From positions 4,928,001-4,992,000 of the forward strand of contig CBDFKD010000002.1 in NCBI GenBank assembly GCA_965248695.1: 64,000 nt of DNA, in the 5' to 3' direction. The number at the start of each line of letters is the position of its first letter. Position 1 is the first letter of the stretch. This document shows positions 1-9,912 of the stretch, in pieces. The position numbers and the translations under genes were made by a program. The stretch comes from Acidobacteriota bacterium. GTDB lineage: Bacteria > Acidobacteriota > UBA890 > WLXD01. The notes below the pieces were generated by a model. It was not told where the DNA came from, made no database searches, and saw only the letters and a list, made by a program, of their open reading frames with translations.

Positions 1-1
1 C

Positions 2-1363
2 GGTGCCGAGGTCGAGCTCATCCTTCCACACCGGGTGGACGACGGCTACGGACTCAACCCGAGTGGCATCGACAAGGCGCACGCTGCCGGCGCTACGGTT
101 CTCATCGCGGTGGATTGCGGCATCACTGCGCTCGACGCATGCGAGCATGCCCGTTCCCTCGGGATCGACGTCATCATCGCCGATCACCATCTGCCGAGAG
201 CGGAGCTACCGCCGGCGGTGGCACTGCTGAACCCGCGTCTGCCCGACTCGGGTTATCCGGAGCAGGAGCTGGCGGCGGTCGGCGTGGCGTTCAAGCTGGC
301 CCGCGGGCTGCTGGAGCGACATCCCACGAAGCTCAGCGGTTCGTCGTTGTTGAAGCTCGTCGCCCTCGGAACGGTGGCGGACCTGGTGCCGTTGCGTGGC
401 GAGAATCGGGTCATGGCGTTTCATGGTCTCGCCGGTATGGCCAACGCCACCAACCCTGGATTGCTGGCGCTACTCGAGGTGTCAGGAGTGGACCGGCACC
501 ACGTGGGTGCCTCCGACGTCGCTTTCCGCCTGGCGCCGCGGATCAACGCAGCCGGCCGGCTGGGACATCCGAACGACGCTGCCGAGATGTTCCTCACCGC
601 GGATCCGGGTCGTGCGCGCCGGTTGGCCGGCAAGTTGCAGCGCCTCAACTCGTTGCGTCAGGAAACCGAGCGCAGCGTTTCCGCCGAAGCCATCGCGGCG
701 TGCACCGGCGAAGATCCGATCACCGTGGTCTGCGGCGAGGGCTGGCACCGTGGCGTCATTGGAATTGTTGCCTCGCGGATGGTCGAGCGCTTCGGCCGTC
801 CGGCACTGGTGATCTCGACGGACGGGTCGACCGCGCATGGCTCGGCCAGATCAGTGCCGGGCTTCAACATCGTGGCGGCGCTGGATGCCGTGGCCGACGA
901 GCTCACGGCGTACGGCGGCCATCACCAGGCGGCCGGATTCGAGCTGCCAGCAAGTCAGGTAGAAGCTCTCCGATTGGGTCTCGTCGACTACGCCGACCGC
1001 CAGGATCCCGACGAGCTTCGGGCGACGCTCACCTGCGACTCCATACTGGAGCCGGAGACCATCACCCCGGCGCTGGCAATGGAGCTGGAACGCTTGGCGC
1101 CGTTCGGCATCGGCAATCCGAGGCCGCGGTTCCTGTGCCCGGACCTACGTCTGGCGGTGCCGCCGCGGCTGCTCAAGGAGGAGCATGTGAAGCTGCAGCT
1201 GCGCGGTCCCGAGACCGATATCGAAGCGGTGGGCTGGCGCCGGGCCGACCTGGCCACGTCGCTGCAAGGAGTCGAGCGCGTCTCAATCGTTGCCACCGTG
1301 CGGGCCCGGAAGTGGCAGGGGCGGCTCACTGCCCAGCTGGAGATCGGCGACATCTGCGCCTGA
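2..1363 (+). CDS. recJ: Single-stranded DNA exonuclease RecJ (5' truncated by window edge)
   Basis: Frame is open from base 2 (…PHRVDDGYGLN). Motifs VDCG, ADHH, LGTVADLVPL, APRINAAGR, GSARS, GGH..AAG, PFGIGNPRP. Confidence 0.96.
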   Translation, partial: GAEVELILPHRVDDGYGLNPSGIDKAHAAGATVLIAVDCGITALDACEHARSLGIDVIIADHHLPRAELPPAVALLNPRLPDSGYPEQELAAVGVAFKLARGLLERHPTKLSGSSLLKLVALGTVADLVPLRGENRVMAFHGLAGMANATNPGLLALLEVSGVDRHHVGASDVAFRLAPRINAAGRLGHPNDAAEMFLTADPGRARRLAGKLQRLNSLRQETERSVSAEAIAACTGEDPITVVCGEGWHRGVIGIVASRMVERFGRPALVISTDGSTAHGSARSVPGFNIVAALDAVADELTAYGGHHQAAGFELPASQVEALRLGLVDYADRQDPDELRATLTCDSILEPETITPALAMELERLAPFGIGNPRPRFLCPDLRLAVPPRLLKEEHVKLQLRGPETDIEAVGWRRADLATSLQGVERVSIVATVRARKWQGRLTAQLEIGDICA

Positions 1364-1387
1364 CCACACGTCCGGCCCGTTTGGCGA

Positions 1388-2164
1388 TCAGCTGCGCGGC
1401 GCGACGGCCCAGGCGATGACGATCCCGACGGCGTACAGAAGCAGCATCGGCAGAGCCAGGATGGTCTGTGTCGCCATGTCGGGGGTCGGGGTTACGACCG
1501 CTGCGACGACGAAGATGATGAGAACCGCGTAGCGGAAGTTCCTCCACATGCTTCCAGCGGTGAGGATGCCCAGGCGCGCCAAGAACAGCACGACGATCGG
1601 CCACTGGAAGATCAGCGCACAGCCGACGAGCGTGCGGGTGAGGAACCCGAAGAGGTTGTTGACCGCCAGGACAGGTCGGAAATCGCCGCCGAGCGACAGG
1701 AAGAAGTTGGCCATCACCGGAAAGAGCACCCGGTACCCGAACAGGGCGCCCAGAAGGAAGCAGCCCACCGAGGACAGGACGACGGGGAACGCGTAGTGTC
1801 GCTCGCGCCGGTACAGGCCGGGAGCGACGAACATCCACACCTGATAGATGATCACCGGCGAGGCGAACAAGAAGCCGGCCAGCGCCGCCACTTTCAGGTA
1901 GAGGATGAAGGGCTCGGTCAGCGAAAGGTAGGCCGGGCGCTCGTCGGCGGGGAGTAGATCGACGATCGGTCGAGTCAGCAGCGCGTACAAGTTCGACGCG
2001 AACGCCCAGCTCACGATCGTCCCGATGATGAACGTCGTCAGGCTGACGATGATGCGTCGGCGTAGCTCGGTCAGATGACCGAGGAGCGACATTTCCGGCA
2101 GGGCTTCGCTGCGGCCCGCTCCTGGCAGGTCGTCGGCCGTCGTGGCGCCTTCAGGCTCGCTCAC
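1388..2164 (-). CDS. tatC: Twin-arginine translocase subunit TatC
   Basis: HLTELRRR, QVWMFVAPGLY, VVTPTPD motifs and multiple TM helices. Confidence 0.96.
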   Translation of the reverse strand: MSEPEGATTADDLPGAGRSEALPEMSLLGHLTELRRRIIVSLTTFIIGTIVSWAFASNLYALLTRPIVDLLPADERPAYLSLTEPFILYLKVAALAGFLFASPVIIYQVWMFVAPGLYRRERHYAFPVVLSSVGCFLLGALFGYRVLFPVMANFFLSLGGDFRPVLAVNNLFGFLTRTLVGCALIFQWPIVVLFLARLGILTAGSMWRNFRYAVLIIFVVAAVVTPTPDMATQTILALPMLLLYAVGIVIAWAVAPRS

Positions 2165-2188
2165 CGCGCGGATGCTCCGGCCACTCGC

Positions 2189-2404
2189 TCAGTCGTCGTC
2201 GCGAGGTTCCGACCGGTCGCTGCGACGCTCATCGAGGGAGATCTCGTCTTCCAGGGAGCGTTTCAGGTCGTTGGATGCTCGACGGAACTCACCCAGGCCT
2301 TTGCCGATAGTCCGCCCGAGCTCCGGCAGCCGCTTGGGGCCGAATACGACGAGCGCGATGACCAAGATGATGAGGAGCTCCGTGCCCCCGATCGAGCCGA
2401 ACAT
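2189..2404 (-). CDS. tatA: Twin-arginine translocase TatA/TatB family subunit
   Basis: N-terminal TM helix, FGPKRLPELG hinge and amphipathic helix; adjacent to tatC. Confidence 0.9.
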   Translation of the reverse strand: MFGSIGGTELLIILVIALVVFGPKRLPELGRTIGKGLGEFRRASNDLKRSLEDEISLDERRSDRSEPRDDD

Positions 2405-2543
2405 GATTACCTCGCGACGGTTCCACTGTAGACCAGATAGCGACCATCATACGGCCCACTGTGCCGTAGCGACAATCCCACGACCACCTGCGCACGGGGG
2501 AGCGCCGGTCCTCGCCTGAGAATCGCGTCCGCTGCGGACCGCC

Positions 2544-3716
2544 TCAACCGATCGACGATAGATACTTGTAAGCGTTGCCGGTGAGGAAGCAGAGGACACG
2601 CCCACTGCCGTCCAGCCGACCCTGACGAGCAAGCTCGGCGGCCGCCACCATGGTTGCGGCCGCTTCCGGGGCCGGGTACATCCCCTCTGTGCGCGCGGTC
2701 AGTCGCACCATGTCCAGCATCGCCTCGTCGGACACCGAGATGGCGTCGCCGCCCGATTCCCGCAGGACGGACAGGATCTCAATGTCGGCGAAGGGTCGCG
2801 GCACCCTCAGGCCGTTGGCCACGGTCTGTGCATCGACCCAGGGCTCGGCGCCCGTGTCGCCTGCCGAGAGCGCACGCACGATGGGCGCACAACCGTCGGC
2901 TTGCACGGCGTACATGCGCGGCCGCCGCGCCCCGATAAGCCCCACCGCCTCGAGCTCGTCGAACGCCTTCCACATGCCGAGCAGTCCCGTGCCACCACCA
3001 GTGGGGTACACAATGCTGTCCGGGAGGTCCCAACCCAGTTGCTCGGCGAGCTCGAAACCCATCGTTTTCTTGCCCTCGAGGCGGTAGGGCTCTTGTAGCG
3101 TGCTCACCGGGAACCAGTCGTCATCTGCGTCGGCCGCCATTTTTGCGCCGGCGTCGGCGATGGTGCCATCGACTGTGATCACCTCGGCGCCGAGATCGCG
3201 GCACTCGACGACGAACTCCATCGGCGTATCGACCGGCATGTAGACAATGGCCCGCAGGTCGCCGCGGGCGCAGTACGCCGCCAGAGCGCTGCCCGCGTTG
3301 CCGGCGGTGGGGATAGACAGCGTCCGTGCGCCGAGCTCGCGTGCCCGGCTTACCGCCATGCATAGCCCGCGCGCCTTGAAGGAGCCGGTCGGATTGACGC
3401 CCTCATCCTTGAGCAGTAGTCGTGGCAGCCCGAGCTGCCCGCCGAGGCGCTCAGCCGCAAGCAACGGGGTTCCGCCCTCACCAAGCCCCAGGCGATGCTC
3501 CGGTGCTCGCACGGGGAGAAGCTCGGCGTAGCGCCAGAGGTCCCAGGACCGCTCCGCGAGTGTCTCGGTGCTCCAGCGGACCTTCGTTCGGTCCAGCTCG
3601 TACCGCGGATACAACGGGCCGCCGCAAGCGCTACAGAACCGTTGCAGGCGGTCGGCATCGTGTGACTCGTCGCAGCGGCTGCAGATCAGATCGCGAAGAA
3701 GCGACGGCGGCACCAT
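2544..3716 (-). CDS. thrC: Threonine synthase (PLP fold II) with N-terminal CxxC..CxxC
   Basis: LGEGGTPL, NPTGSFKARG (PLP Lys), TAGNAG, EGKKT, PTGGG. Start placed at ATG 3716 behind GAGG. Confidence 0.88.
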   Translation of the reverse strand: MVPPSLLRDLICSRCDESHDADRLQRFCSACGGPLYPRYELDRTKVRWSTETLAERSWDLWRYAELLPVRAPEHRLGLGEGGTPLLAAERLGGQLGLPRLLLKDEGVNPTGSFKARGLCMAVSRARELGARTLSIPTAGNAGSALAAYCARGDLRAIVYMPVDTPMEFVVECRDLGAEVITVDGTIADAGAKMAADADDDWFPVSTLQEPYRLEGKKTMGFELAEQLGWDLPDSIVYPTGGGTGLLGMWKAFDELEAVGLIGARRPRMYAVQADGCAPIVRALSAGDTGAEPWVDAQTVANGLRVPRPFADIEILSVLRESGGDAISVSDEAMLDMVRLTARTEGMYPAPEAAATMVAAAELARQGRLDGSGRVLCFLTGNAYKYLSSIG

Positions 3717-3912
3717 GCTGGGACCTCGAGCTGATGTTCGGTCGCCGCGTTGCGCACCCCCCAATTTAGCGCGGTCGAGAGACGAACCGATTTGTGAAAG
3801 CGGACACTATCAGGTCGTCGGTCAGGGCCTCGTTCGAGCAGCGTGCGCCGGGTCAGGGCTCGTTGAAGGTGAGCACCTTTTTTGTTACGGTCTACGCAAT
3901 TCGGGTACCTCG

Positions 3913-3945
3913 GAGAGGTGGGCCCAGCGCCCGCTCTTTTTTTTT
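3913..3945 (+). terminator. rimP-leader-type attenuator / intrinsic terminator hairpin
   Basis: GAGAGGTGGGC-ccagc-GCCCGCTC followed by T9, about 80 nt upstream of the rimP start. The GGGC..GCCC core matches the known rimP-nusA leader. Confidence 0.8.
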
Positions 3946-4027
3946 GTTAGGGGGTTTTTTGGCGACTCCTGTGACCCAGGAAACGCGGTCTGCCGGCGCC
4001 CAATCCGGCGAAAAGTCTTCTGGTGAC

Positions 4028-4486
4028 GTGCGTTCCGGCGCTGCCGAGGTGCTTCGACCGCACGCCGAGCGAGTCGCCGGCCGCGAAGGTTGCACGCTGG
4101 TCGATGTGCGGCATGTCCACGAGGACGGGGGCTGGGTCTTGCGGGTAGTGATCGATCGCCCCGGCGGCGTGCACATCGAGCACTGCGTCAAGGTCAGCCG
4201 TCAGCTTTCGGCTCTCCTGGATGTCGAGGACTTGCTCCCTGGAGCCTATCGCCTGGAAGTCACTTCACCCGGTCTGGAGTGTCCGCTGCTCGTAGCCGCC
4301 GATTTTCGTCGATACGCTGGGCAGCGAGTTCGAGTTCTGGCGACAGAGGTGGCGGGCGACAATCTGTATCGAGGTGTTCTGGCCGGCCTGCAGCGCGGCA
4401 GCATTCTGCTCGACGATGACTCCTTGGGGCGACTCGAGATTCCGCTGAAGCGGATCACCGAGGCGCGTCTGGAAGTCGAGATCTAG
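4028..4486 (+). CDS. rimP: Ribosome maturation factor RimP
   Basis: VLRVVID..GV.IEHC..VSR..SALLD, YRLEVTSPGL. Start reassigned to GTG 4028 (approximate). Confidence 0.92.
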   Translation: MRSGAAEVLRPHAERVAGREGCTLVDVRHVHEDGGWVLRVVIDRPGGVHIEHCVKVSRQLSALLDVEDLLPGAYRLEVTSPGLECPLLVAADFRRYAGQRVRVLATEVAGDNLYRGVLAGLQRGSILLDDDSLGRLEIPLKRITEARLEVEI

Positions 4487-4504
4487 CGGGCGAGGAGCGA
4501 GCTC

Positions 4505-5881
4505 ATGCTGCTGCAGACGATCGAGCAGATTGGTCGGGAGAAGAACATCGCGCCGGAGGTCATCGTTGCCGCGATCGAAGAGGCGATGGCGGTGGCGGCG
4601 CAGAAGTTCTATCGCACCGAAGACTACCTCGAGGCAGCGCTGAACCCCGAGTCGGGCGAGCTCGAGCTGCACGCGGTCAAGAACGTGGTCGAGGAGGTCG
4701 AGGACCCCCTTTCCGAGATTACGGTCGAGGACGCTCGCGAGGAGGGGATGGAAGATCCCCAGGTCGGTGCGCAGATGCGCACGCAGATGCCCACAGATCA
4801 ACTGGGACGTATCGCGGCCCAGGCTGCCAAGCAGGTTCTGTATCAGAAGGTCCGTGACGCCGAGCGCGACAACATCTATGCGGAGTACACCGACCGGGTC
4901 GGCGAGCTGCTTACGGGAACGGTGAAGCGGTTCGAGCGCGGCGACATGATCGTCGATCTCGGTCGCGCTGAAGCGCTGCTGCCGCGGCGCGAGCAGTCGC
5001 GCGCCGAGCACTACAACATCAGCGATCGTGTTCGCGTTGTGATCGTCGAAGTGTTGCGGGCGACACGCGGCCCGCAGATCGTCGTATCACGCAGCAGCCC
5101 CGAGCTCCTGCTCAGGCTCTTCGAGATGGAGGTGCCGGAGATCTACGACGGCACCGTGCAGATCAAGGGAGCGGTTCGCGAAGGTGGCGATCGTGCCAAG
5201 GTGGCCGTGCACTCCAAGGATTCGGATATCGATCCGGTCGGCGCCTGTGTCGGAATGCGCGGCTCCCGGGTGCAGGCCATCATTCGCGAGCTTCGAGGCG
5301 AGAAGATCGACATCGTCGAATGGGCCGAGGAGCCGGACCAGTACGCCATAAACTCGCTCAAACCGGCACGCGTAAGCCGCGTCGGTGAGGCGCTGGTAGT
5401 CAACGATCTGGGTCATGAGGAGCACCACCTCGAGGTGATCGTCGACGAGGATCAGCTGTCGCTGGCGATCGGCAAGCGAGGCCAAAACGTACGGCTGGCA
5501 GGCAAGCTCCTCGGTCGCAAGATCGACGTCAAGAGCCACGAACAGAAGCGTCAGGAACTTGCGCCTGCACCGCCGGTGGTGACCCCCACCGGGGAGGGGT
5601 CGGACGCCGAGCCGGTGGCGGCGCTGCGACAAATCCCCGGCGTTGGGCCGAAGGCCGCCGAAGCGCTGGTGGCGGCCGGCTTCACTGGCGCCGCCGACAT
5701 CGCGGCGGCAGACATAGACGCGTTAGTCGCCGTCGACGGGATCGGTCCGAAGACCGCGGCGAAGATCCACCAGGCCGCCTCGACGCTGAACGAACCGGAG
5801 CCCCCGACAACAGAGGGGCATGCTGCGCCCGAGCCGGAGATTGGCGCAGAAACAGCGGCGCTGGAGGCGGAACCGGCCTAG
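4505..5881 (+). CDS. nusA: Transcription factor NusA with C-terminal HhH repeats
   Basis: GRIAAQAAKQV, LFEMEVPEI, DPVGACVGMRGSRV, AIGKRGQNVRLA; IPGVGPK and VDGIGPK HhH motifs. Confidence 0.98.
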   Translation: MLLQTIEQIGREKNIAPEVIVAAIEEAMAVAAQKFYRTEDYLEAALNPESGELELHAVKNVVEEVEDPLSEITVEDAREEGMEDPQVGAQMRTQMPTDQLGRIAAQAAKQVLYQKVRDAERDNIYAEYTDRVGELLTGTVKRFERGDMIVDLGRAEALLPRREQSRAEHYNISDRVRVVIVEVLRATRGPQIVVSRSSPELLLRLFEMEVPEIYDGTVQIKGAVREGGDRAKVAVHSKDSDIDPVGACVGMRGSRVQAIIRELRGEKIDIVEWAEEPDQYAINSLKPARVSRVGEALVVNDLGHEEHHLEVIVDEDQLSLAIGKRGQNVRLAGKLLGRKIDVKSHEQKRQELAPAPPVVTPTGEGSDAEPVAALRQIPGVGPKAAEALVAAGFTGAADIAAADIDALVAVDGIGPKTAAKIHQAASTLNEPEPPTTEGHAAPEPEIGAETAALEAEPA

Positions 5882-5954
5882 TCGCCTCCGTAGCCTCGGC
5901 ACCCTTCGCAGAATCCACACGTAACGAGCTCAGAGCCAAGAGACGAGAGATCCG

Positions 5955-8168
5955 ATGCGGGTACACGAGATCGCCAAGGAGCTCGGCATCGCTAGCAAGG
6001 TTGCCATCGAGCATCTGAACGGGCTCGGCGTCGATGTGAAGTCGCACGCCAACGCCATCTCGGAGGCCGACGCAGATCGCCTCCGCGAGATGCTCGCCGG
6101 CCAGACTGACGCTGCCGCCACGAAAGCCAAGCCAGCGGCGAAAGCCAAGCCAGCGGCGAAAGCCAAGCCAGCGGCGAAAGCCAAACCGAAGGCCAAACCG
6201 AAGGCCAAGCCGAAAGCCAAGCCGAAGGACGACCCCAAGGCAAAAGCGGCGGCTGAGCCCGAGCCGGTGGCGGAAGCCGATCCCGCGCCGGAGGCTGAGC
6301 CCCAGCCGGTAGAGGCCGCTACTGAAGCCGAAGACCTCGAAGAGGACCTCTCCGATGCTGCCGAATCGGTCGCTGCCGACGCGGAAGATGGCGCCGAAGC
6401 GGCCGCTGCCTTACTCGAATCCGAGCCGGTCGAGGTCGAAGAGGGCGTCACTGTGCGTCAGCTGGCGGAAGCCGCCGGGATCAGCCCGACGGAGATCATC
6501 ACCGGCCTCATGAGCAAGGGCGTCATGGCCAACCTCACGCAGTCACTGGACACCGACGTGGCCGTCGCGGTGGCCGCCGAGCACGGCGTTCGGCTGCAGG
6601 TGGTGACCGCCGACGAGGTGCTGCTCGGGGCGCCGGAGGAGGGCGATGCCGCGGATCTGGCACCCCGCGCCCCGGTCGTCACCATCATGGGGCACGTAGA
6701 TCACGGCAAGACGCAGTTGCTGGACTCGATTCGCGAAACCAACGTCGTGGCACGGGAGGCCGGTGGTATCACGCAGCATATCGGTGCCTCCGAGGTCGAA
6801 TGGAAGGGCAATCGAATCGTCTTCATCGATACCCCCGGACACCAGGCCTTCACGCGTATGCGTGCCCGCGGGGCGCAGATCACCGACATCGTGGTGCTTG
6901 TCGTGGCCGCCGATGACGGCATCATGCCGCAGACCGTCGAGGCCATCGATCACGCTCGCGCTGCTGACGTTCCGATCCTCGTTGCGATCAACAAGATCGA
7001 CTTGCCGCAGGCCAACGTCGACCGAGTCAAGCAACAGCTGGTCGAGCATCAGCTGCAGCCGGAGGACTGGGGCGGCGAAACGGTATGCGTTCCAGTGTCC
7101 GCCAAGACCAAGGAGCATCTCGAGGATCTGCTCGAGATGGTGATCCTGTCGGCGGAGTTGCTCGAGCTGAAGGCGAATCCGCAGATCACCGCACGCGGCA
7201 GTGTGCTGGAGGCCAAGCTCGATCGTCAGCGCGGCGCGGTGGCCACTTTGCTAGTTCAGGACGGGACGCTGCGCATCGGCGAGGCGCTCATTGCCGGCAA
7301 AGAGAGCGCCAAAGTACGGGCGATGTTCGATTCCGGCGGCAAGCAGTCGAAGGTCGCGCCGCCGGCCACGGCTGTCGAGGTGCTCGGCTTCTCCGGCGTG
7401 CCGGAGGCCGGCGACACTTTCCAGGTCGTCGAGGAGACCGCGATGGCACGCAAGGTCGCCGAGCTTCGACAGTTCAGGTCTCGCACAGACAGCCTCGCCG
7501 CCGGATCTCGGTTGACGCTCGAAGACCTCCACGCTCGGATTCTCGAGGGCGACAAGGTGAAGCTTTCGGTGGTGCTGAAAGCCGACACTCAAGGATCGGT
7601 GCAGACGCTCAGTGATGCTCTGGCCAAGCTTTCGAGCGACTCGGTCCAGGTCGAGATCATGCACGCTGCGGTCGGTGGAGTGACTGAGAACGACGTGTTG
7701 CTGGCGTCGGCATCGGACGCCATCATCGTCGGCTTCAACGTGCGGCCGGAGCGCGACGTGGCCGATGCGGCGACGCGTGAGCGCGTCGACCTGCGGCTCC
7801 ACACGGTCATTTACCGACTCATCGACGAGGTCAGGGCCGCCATGGTCGGCAAGCTCGAACCGACCTTCGAGGAGCGGGCGATGGGAGCCGCCGAGGTTCG
7901 CGATACCTTCCGGGTGCCGCGCGCCGGCACGGTCGCCGGGTGCTACGTGACCGACGGCAAGTTCTTGCGCGGAGCGCGGGCGCGTCTGGTACGAGACTCG
8001 CGGATAATCTACGAAGGCAAGGTCGGGTCGCTGCGTCGCTTCAAGGAGGACGTACGCGAAGTTCAGCAGGGCTTTGAGTGTGGCATCGGTCTGGAGAACT
8101 TCAACGACGTCAAGATCGGTGACGTGCTCGAAGCCTACGACCTCGAGGAGATCGCTCCCAAGCTCTGA
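5955..8168 (+). CDS. infB: Translation initiation factor IF-2
   Basis: [41 protein letters not shown]. Confidence 0.99.
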   Translation: MRVHEIAKELGIASKVAIEHLNGLGVDVKSHANAISEADADRLREMLAGQTDAAATKAKPAAKAKPAAKAKPAAKAKPKAKPKAKPKAKPKDDPKAKAAAEPEPVAEADPAPEAEPQPVEAATEAEDLEEDLSDAAESVAADAEDGAEAAAALLESEPVEVEEGVTVRQLAEAAGISPTEIITGLMSKGVMANLTQSLDTDVAVAVAAEHGVRLQVVTADEVLLGAPEEGDAADLAPRAPVVTIMGHVDHGKTQLLDSIRETNVVAREAGGITQHIGASEVEWKGNRIVFIDTPGHQAFTRMRARGAQITDIVVLVVAADDGIMPQTVEAIDHARAADVPILVAINKIDLPQANVDRVKQQLVEHQLQPEDWGGETVCVPVSAKTKEHLEDLLEMVILSAELLELKANPQITARGSVLEAKLDRQRGAVATLLVQDGTLRIGEALIAGKESAKVRAMFDSGGKQSKVAPPATAVEVLGFSGVPEAGDTFQVVEETAMARKVAELRQFRSRTDSLAAGSRLTLEDLHARILEGDKVKLSVVLKADTQGSVQTLSDALAKLSSDSVQVEIMHAAVGGVTENDVLLASASDAIIVGFNVRPERDVADAATRERVDLRLHTVIYRLIDEVRAAMVGKLEPTFEERAMGAAEVRDTFRVPRAGTVAGCYVTDGKFLRGARARLVRDSRIIYEGKVGSLRRFKEDVREVQQGFECGIGLENFNDVKIGDVLEAYDLEEIAPKL
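6121..6228 (+). repeat. Coding tandem repeats in infB: 3x18 bp (KAKPAA) then 4x12 bp (KAKP)
   Basis: cgaaagccaagccagcgg x3 followed by cgaa(a/g)gccaa(a/g)c x4. Confidence 0.9.
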
Positions 8169-8229
8169 GTATCGACGTCCGGCGTGAGATGGATCCGGTA
8201 CACCTGCGTCGCCCGGCGCGGAGGCCAGC

Positions 8230-8508
8230 ATGATCATCGGTGTCTGCAGCCTCGAGTTTCGCCTGACGGGTTGCAGGAGTCTCAAGGAAAAACGCATGTT
8301 CCTCAATCGCCTCAAGGGGCGGTTGAAAGCACGCTTCAACGTCGCGGTGGCCGAAGTAGAGCATCAGGACTTGTGGCAGCGGGTGGGCGTCGCGGTGGCG
8401 TCGGTCTCGGCCTCTCAACGACCTCTGGAGGGGCTTTTCGACAGCGTCGTGCGTGAGGCGGAACGGCACGATGCCGAGCTCCTGCGACACACCATCGAGT
8501 ACCTGTAG
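8230..8508 (+). CDS. DUF503 (YlxP-like) protein
   Basis: SLKEKR..L..LK.RFNVAVAEV..QDLWQR signature; usual position between infB and rbfA. Confidence 0.92.
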   Translation: MIIGVCSLEFRLTGCRSLKEKRMFLNRLKGRLKARFNVAVAEVEHQDLWQRVGVAVASVSASQRPLEGLFDSVVREAERHDAELLRHTIEYL

Positions 8509-8582
8509 AGAAACGTGCCGGCCTTGCGCTCGCCGCCGGCAAGAGCGTATTACCGGCGGATATCGACCCAAGGAACCTGACC

Positions 8583-8960
8583 ATGCGGCATCGTCCACGA
8601 CGAGTCGGAGACAGCTTGCGTGCAGCGCTGGCTGACCTCCTACTCAATGAGGTCAAGGACCCCGGACTCGGGTTCGTTACCGTGACCGAGGTACGCATGA
8701 GCCACGACCTGTGCCATGCGCGGGTGTTCGTCAGCGTCATGGGTGACGCGGAGGCGGAAGCGTCGGCGATGCAGAGCCTGGGGCGGGCGGCCGGCTTCCT
8801 CCGCCGTGAGGTCGGCCGGCGCGTGCAGCTGCGGCGCACACCGGAGCTGCATTTCGAGATCGACCGCACGCTCGATCACAGCGATCGAATCGAGGAGTTG
8901 ATACGTCAGGGAGCGCCGCAGGATCTGGCGGATGGTGGGGCAGATGGCGTCGACGAGTGA
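8583..8960 (+). CDS. rbfA: Ribosome-binding factor A
   Basis: DP.LGFVTVTEVRMS.DL..ARVFV, LRRTPELHFEID. Confidence 0.97.
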   Translation: MRHRPRRVGDSLRAALADLLLNEVKDPGLGFVTVTEVRMSHDLCHARVFVSVMGDAEAEASAMQSLGRAAGFLRREVGRRVQLRRTPELHFEIDRTLDHSDRIEELIRQGAPQDLADGGADGVDE

Positions 8961-9912
8961 CGGAATCGAGAAGGTAGTCCGTTGGATCGAGAAGCGCGAC
9001 GATTTCGTCATCGCGTCTCACACGGATCCGGACGGCGACTCGCTGGGCTCCTCGCTGGGCTTGTCGCTGATGCTCGATCAGGCCGGCAAGCGATCGGAGG
9101 TGGCAATCCAGCAGCCGTTCCCGCGGCGATTCGACTGGCTGCCGGAAGCGTCGCGGGTACAGAGCCTCGATGCCGTAACACGGCGGTCACGCGCCAGCAT
9201 TCTGGTGGAGTGCTCCGACTTTGCTCGCGCCGGTGTCACCGGACTTGATCGGATCGAGTCGCTCAACATCGATCATCACAGCCAGAACGCGATGTTCGCC
9301 GACGTGAACTGGGTCGATCCGCGGGTTGCCGCCACCAGCATGATGGTGGCGCGGCTGGCGGAGCCCCTCGGGGCCGAGATCACGCCGCCAATCGCCACGC
9401 TGCTGTACGTGGCCGTGCTCACCGATACGGGGTCGTTCCACCACTCCAACACCGACGCTGCGGCACTCCAGTTCGCCGCCGACATGGTCACCGCCGGTGC
9501 GGATGCATCGGCAATCGCCGAGGCGGTCTATGGCAACGTGCCGGCAGCACGGGTGTACTTGCTAGCCGACGCACTCGCGACCCTGAAGCTCGAGGATGGC
9601 GGGTCGGTGGCCTGGATGGTCCTCTGGCGCCGTGACTTCGCGCGCCGAGGCGGCGGCGATACCGAAGGGCTGATCAATCAGGCGCAGTCGATCGCCGGGG
9701 TGGGCGTGTCGCTTTTGTTCAAGGAAGTCGGACGTGAGCAGTTCCGCGTCAGCCTGCGATCCGATGGCAGCGTCGACGTGGCCAAGGTTGCGGCGGCGTA
9801 CGGCGGCGGCGGCCATCCGCGCGCCTCGGGATGTCAGCTCGACGGCTCGTTGGAGCAGGTGCGGACGCGGATCCTCGCCCGCGTCAGCCGCTCGCGAGAG
9901 GTAGGGGGGTGA
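8944..9912 (+). CDS. nrnA: DHH/DHHA1 phosphoesterase, NrnA-like (oligoribonuclease/pAp phosphatase)
   Basis: HTDPDGD, IDHH, TDTGSF, RVSLRS, GGGHPRASG. Confidence 0.88.
   Translation: MASTSDGIEKVVRWIEKRDDFVIASHTDPDGDSLGSSLGLSLMLDQAGKRSEVAIQQPFPRRFDWLPEASRVQSLDAVTRRSRASILVECSDFARAGVTGLDRIESLNIDHHSQNAMFADVNWVDPRVAATSMMVARLAEPLGAEITPPIATLLYVAVLTDTGSFHHSNTDAAALQFAADMVTAGADASAIAEAVYGNVPAARVYLLADALATLKLEDGGSVAWMVLWRRDFARRGGGDTEGLINQAQSIAGVGVSLLFKEVGREQFRVSLRSDGSVDVAKVAAAYGGGGHPRASGCQLDGSLEQVRTRILARVSRSREVGG

Noticed and set aside
3794-4027. N-terminal extension of RimP
   Set aside because: It runs through the T-rich leader and terminator and has no RimP similarity.
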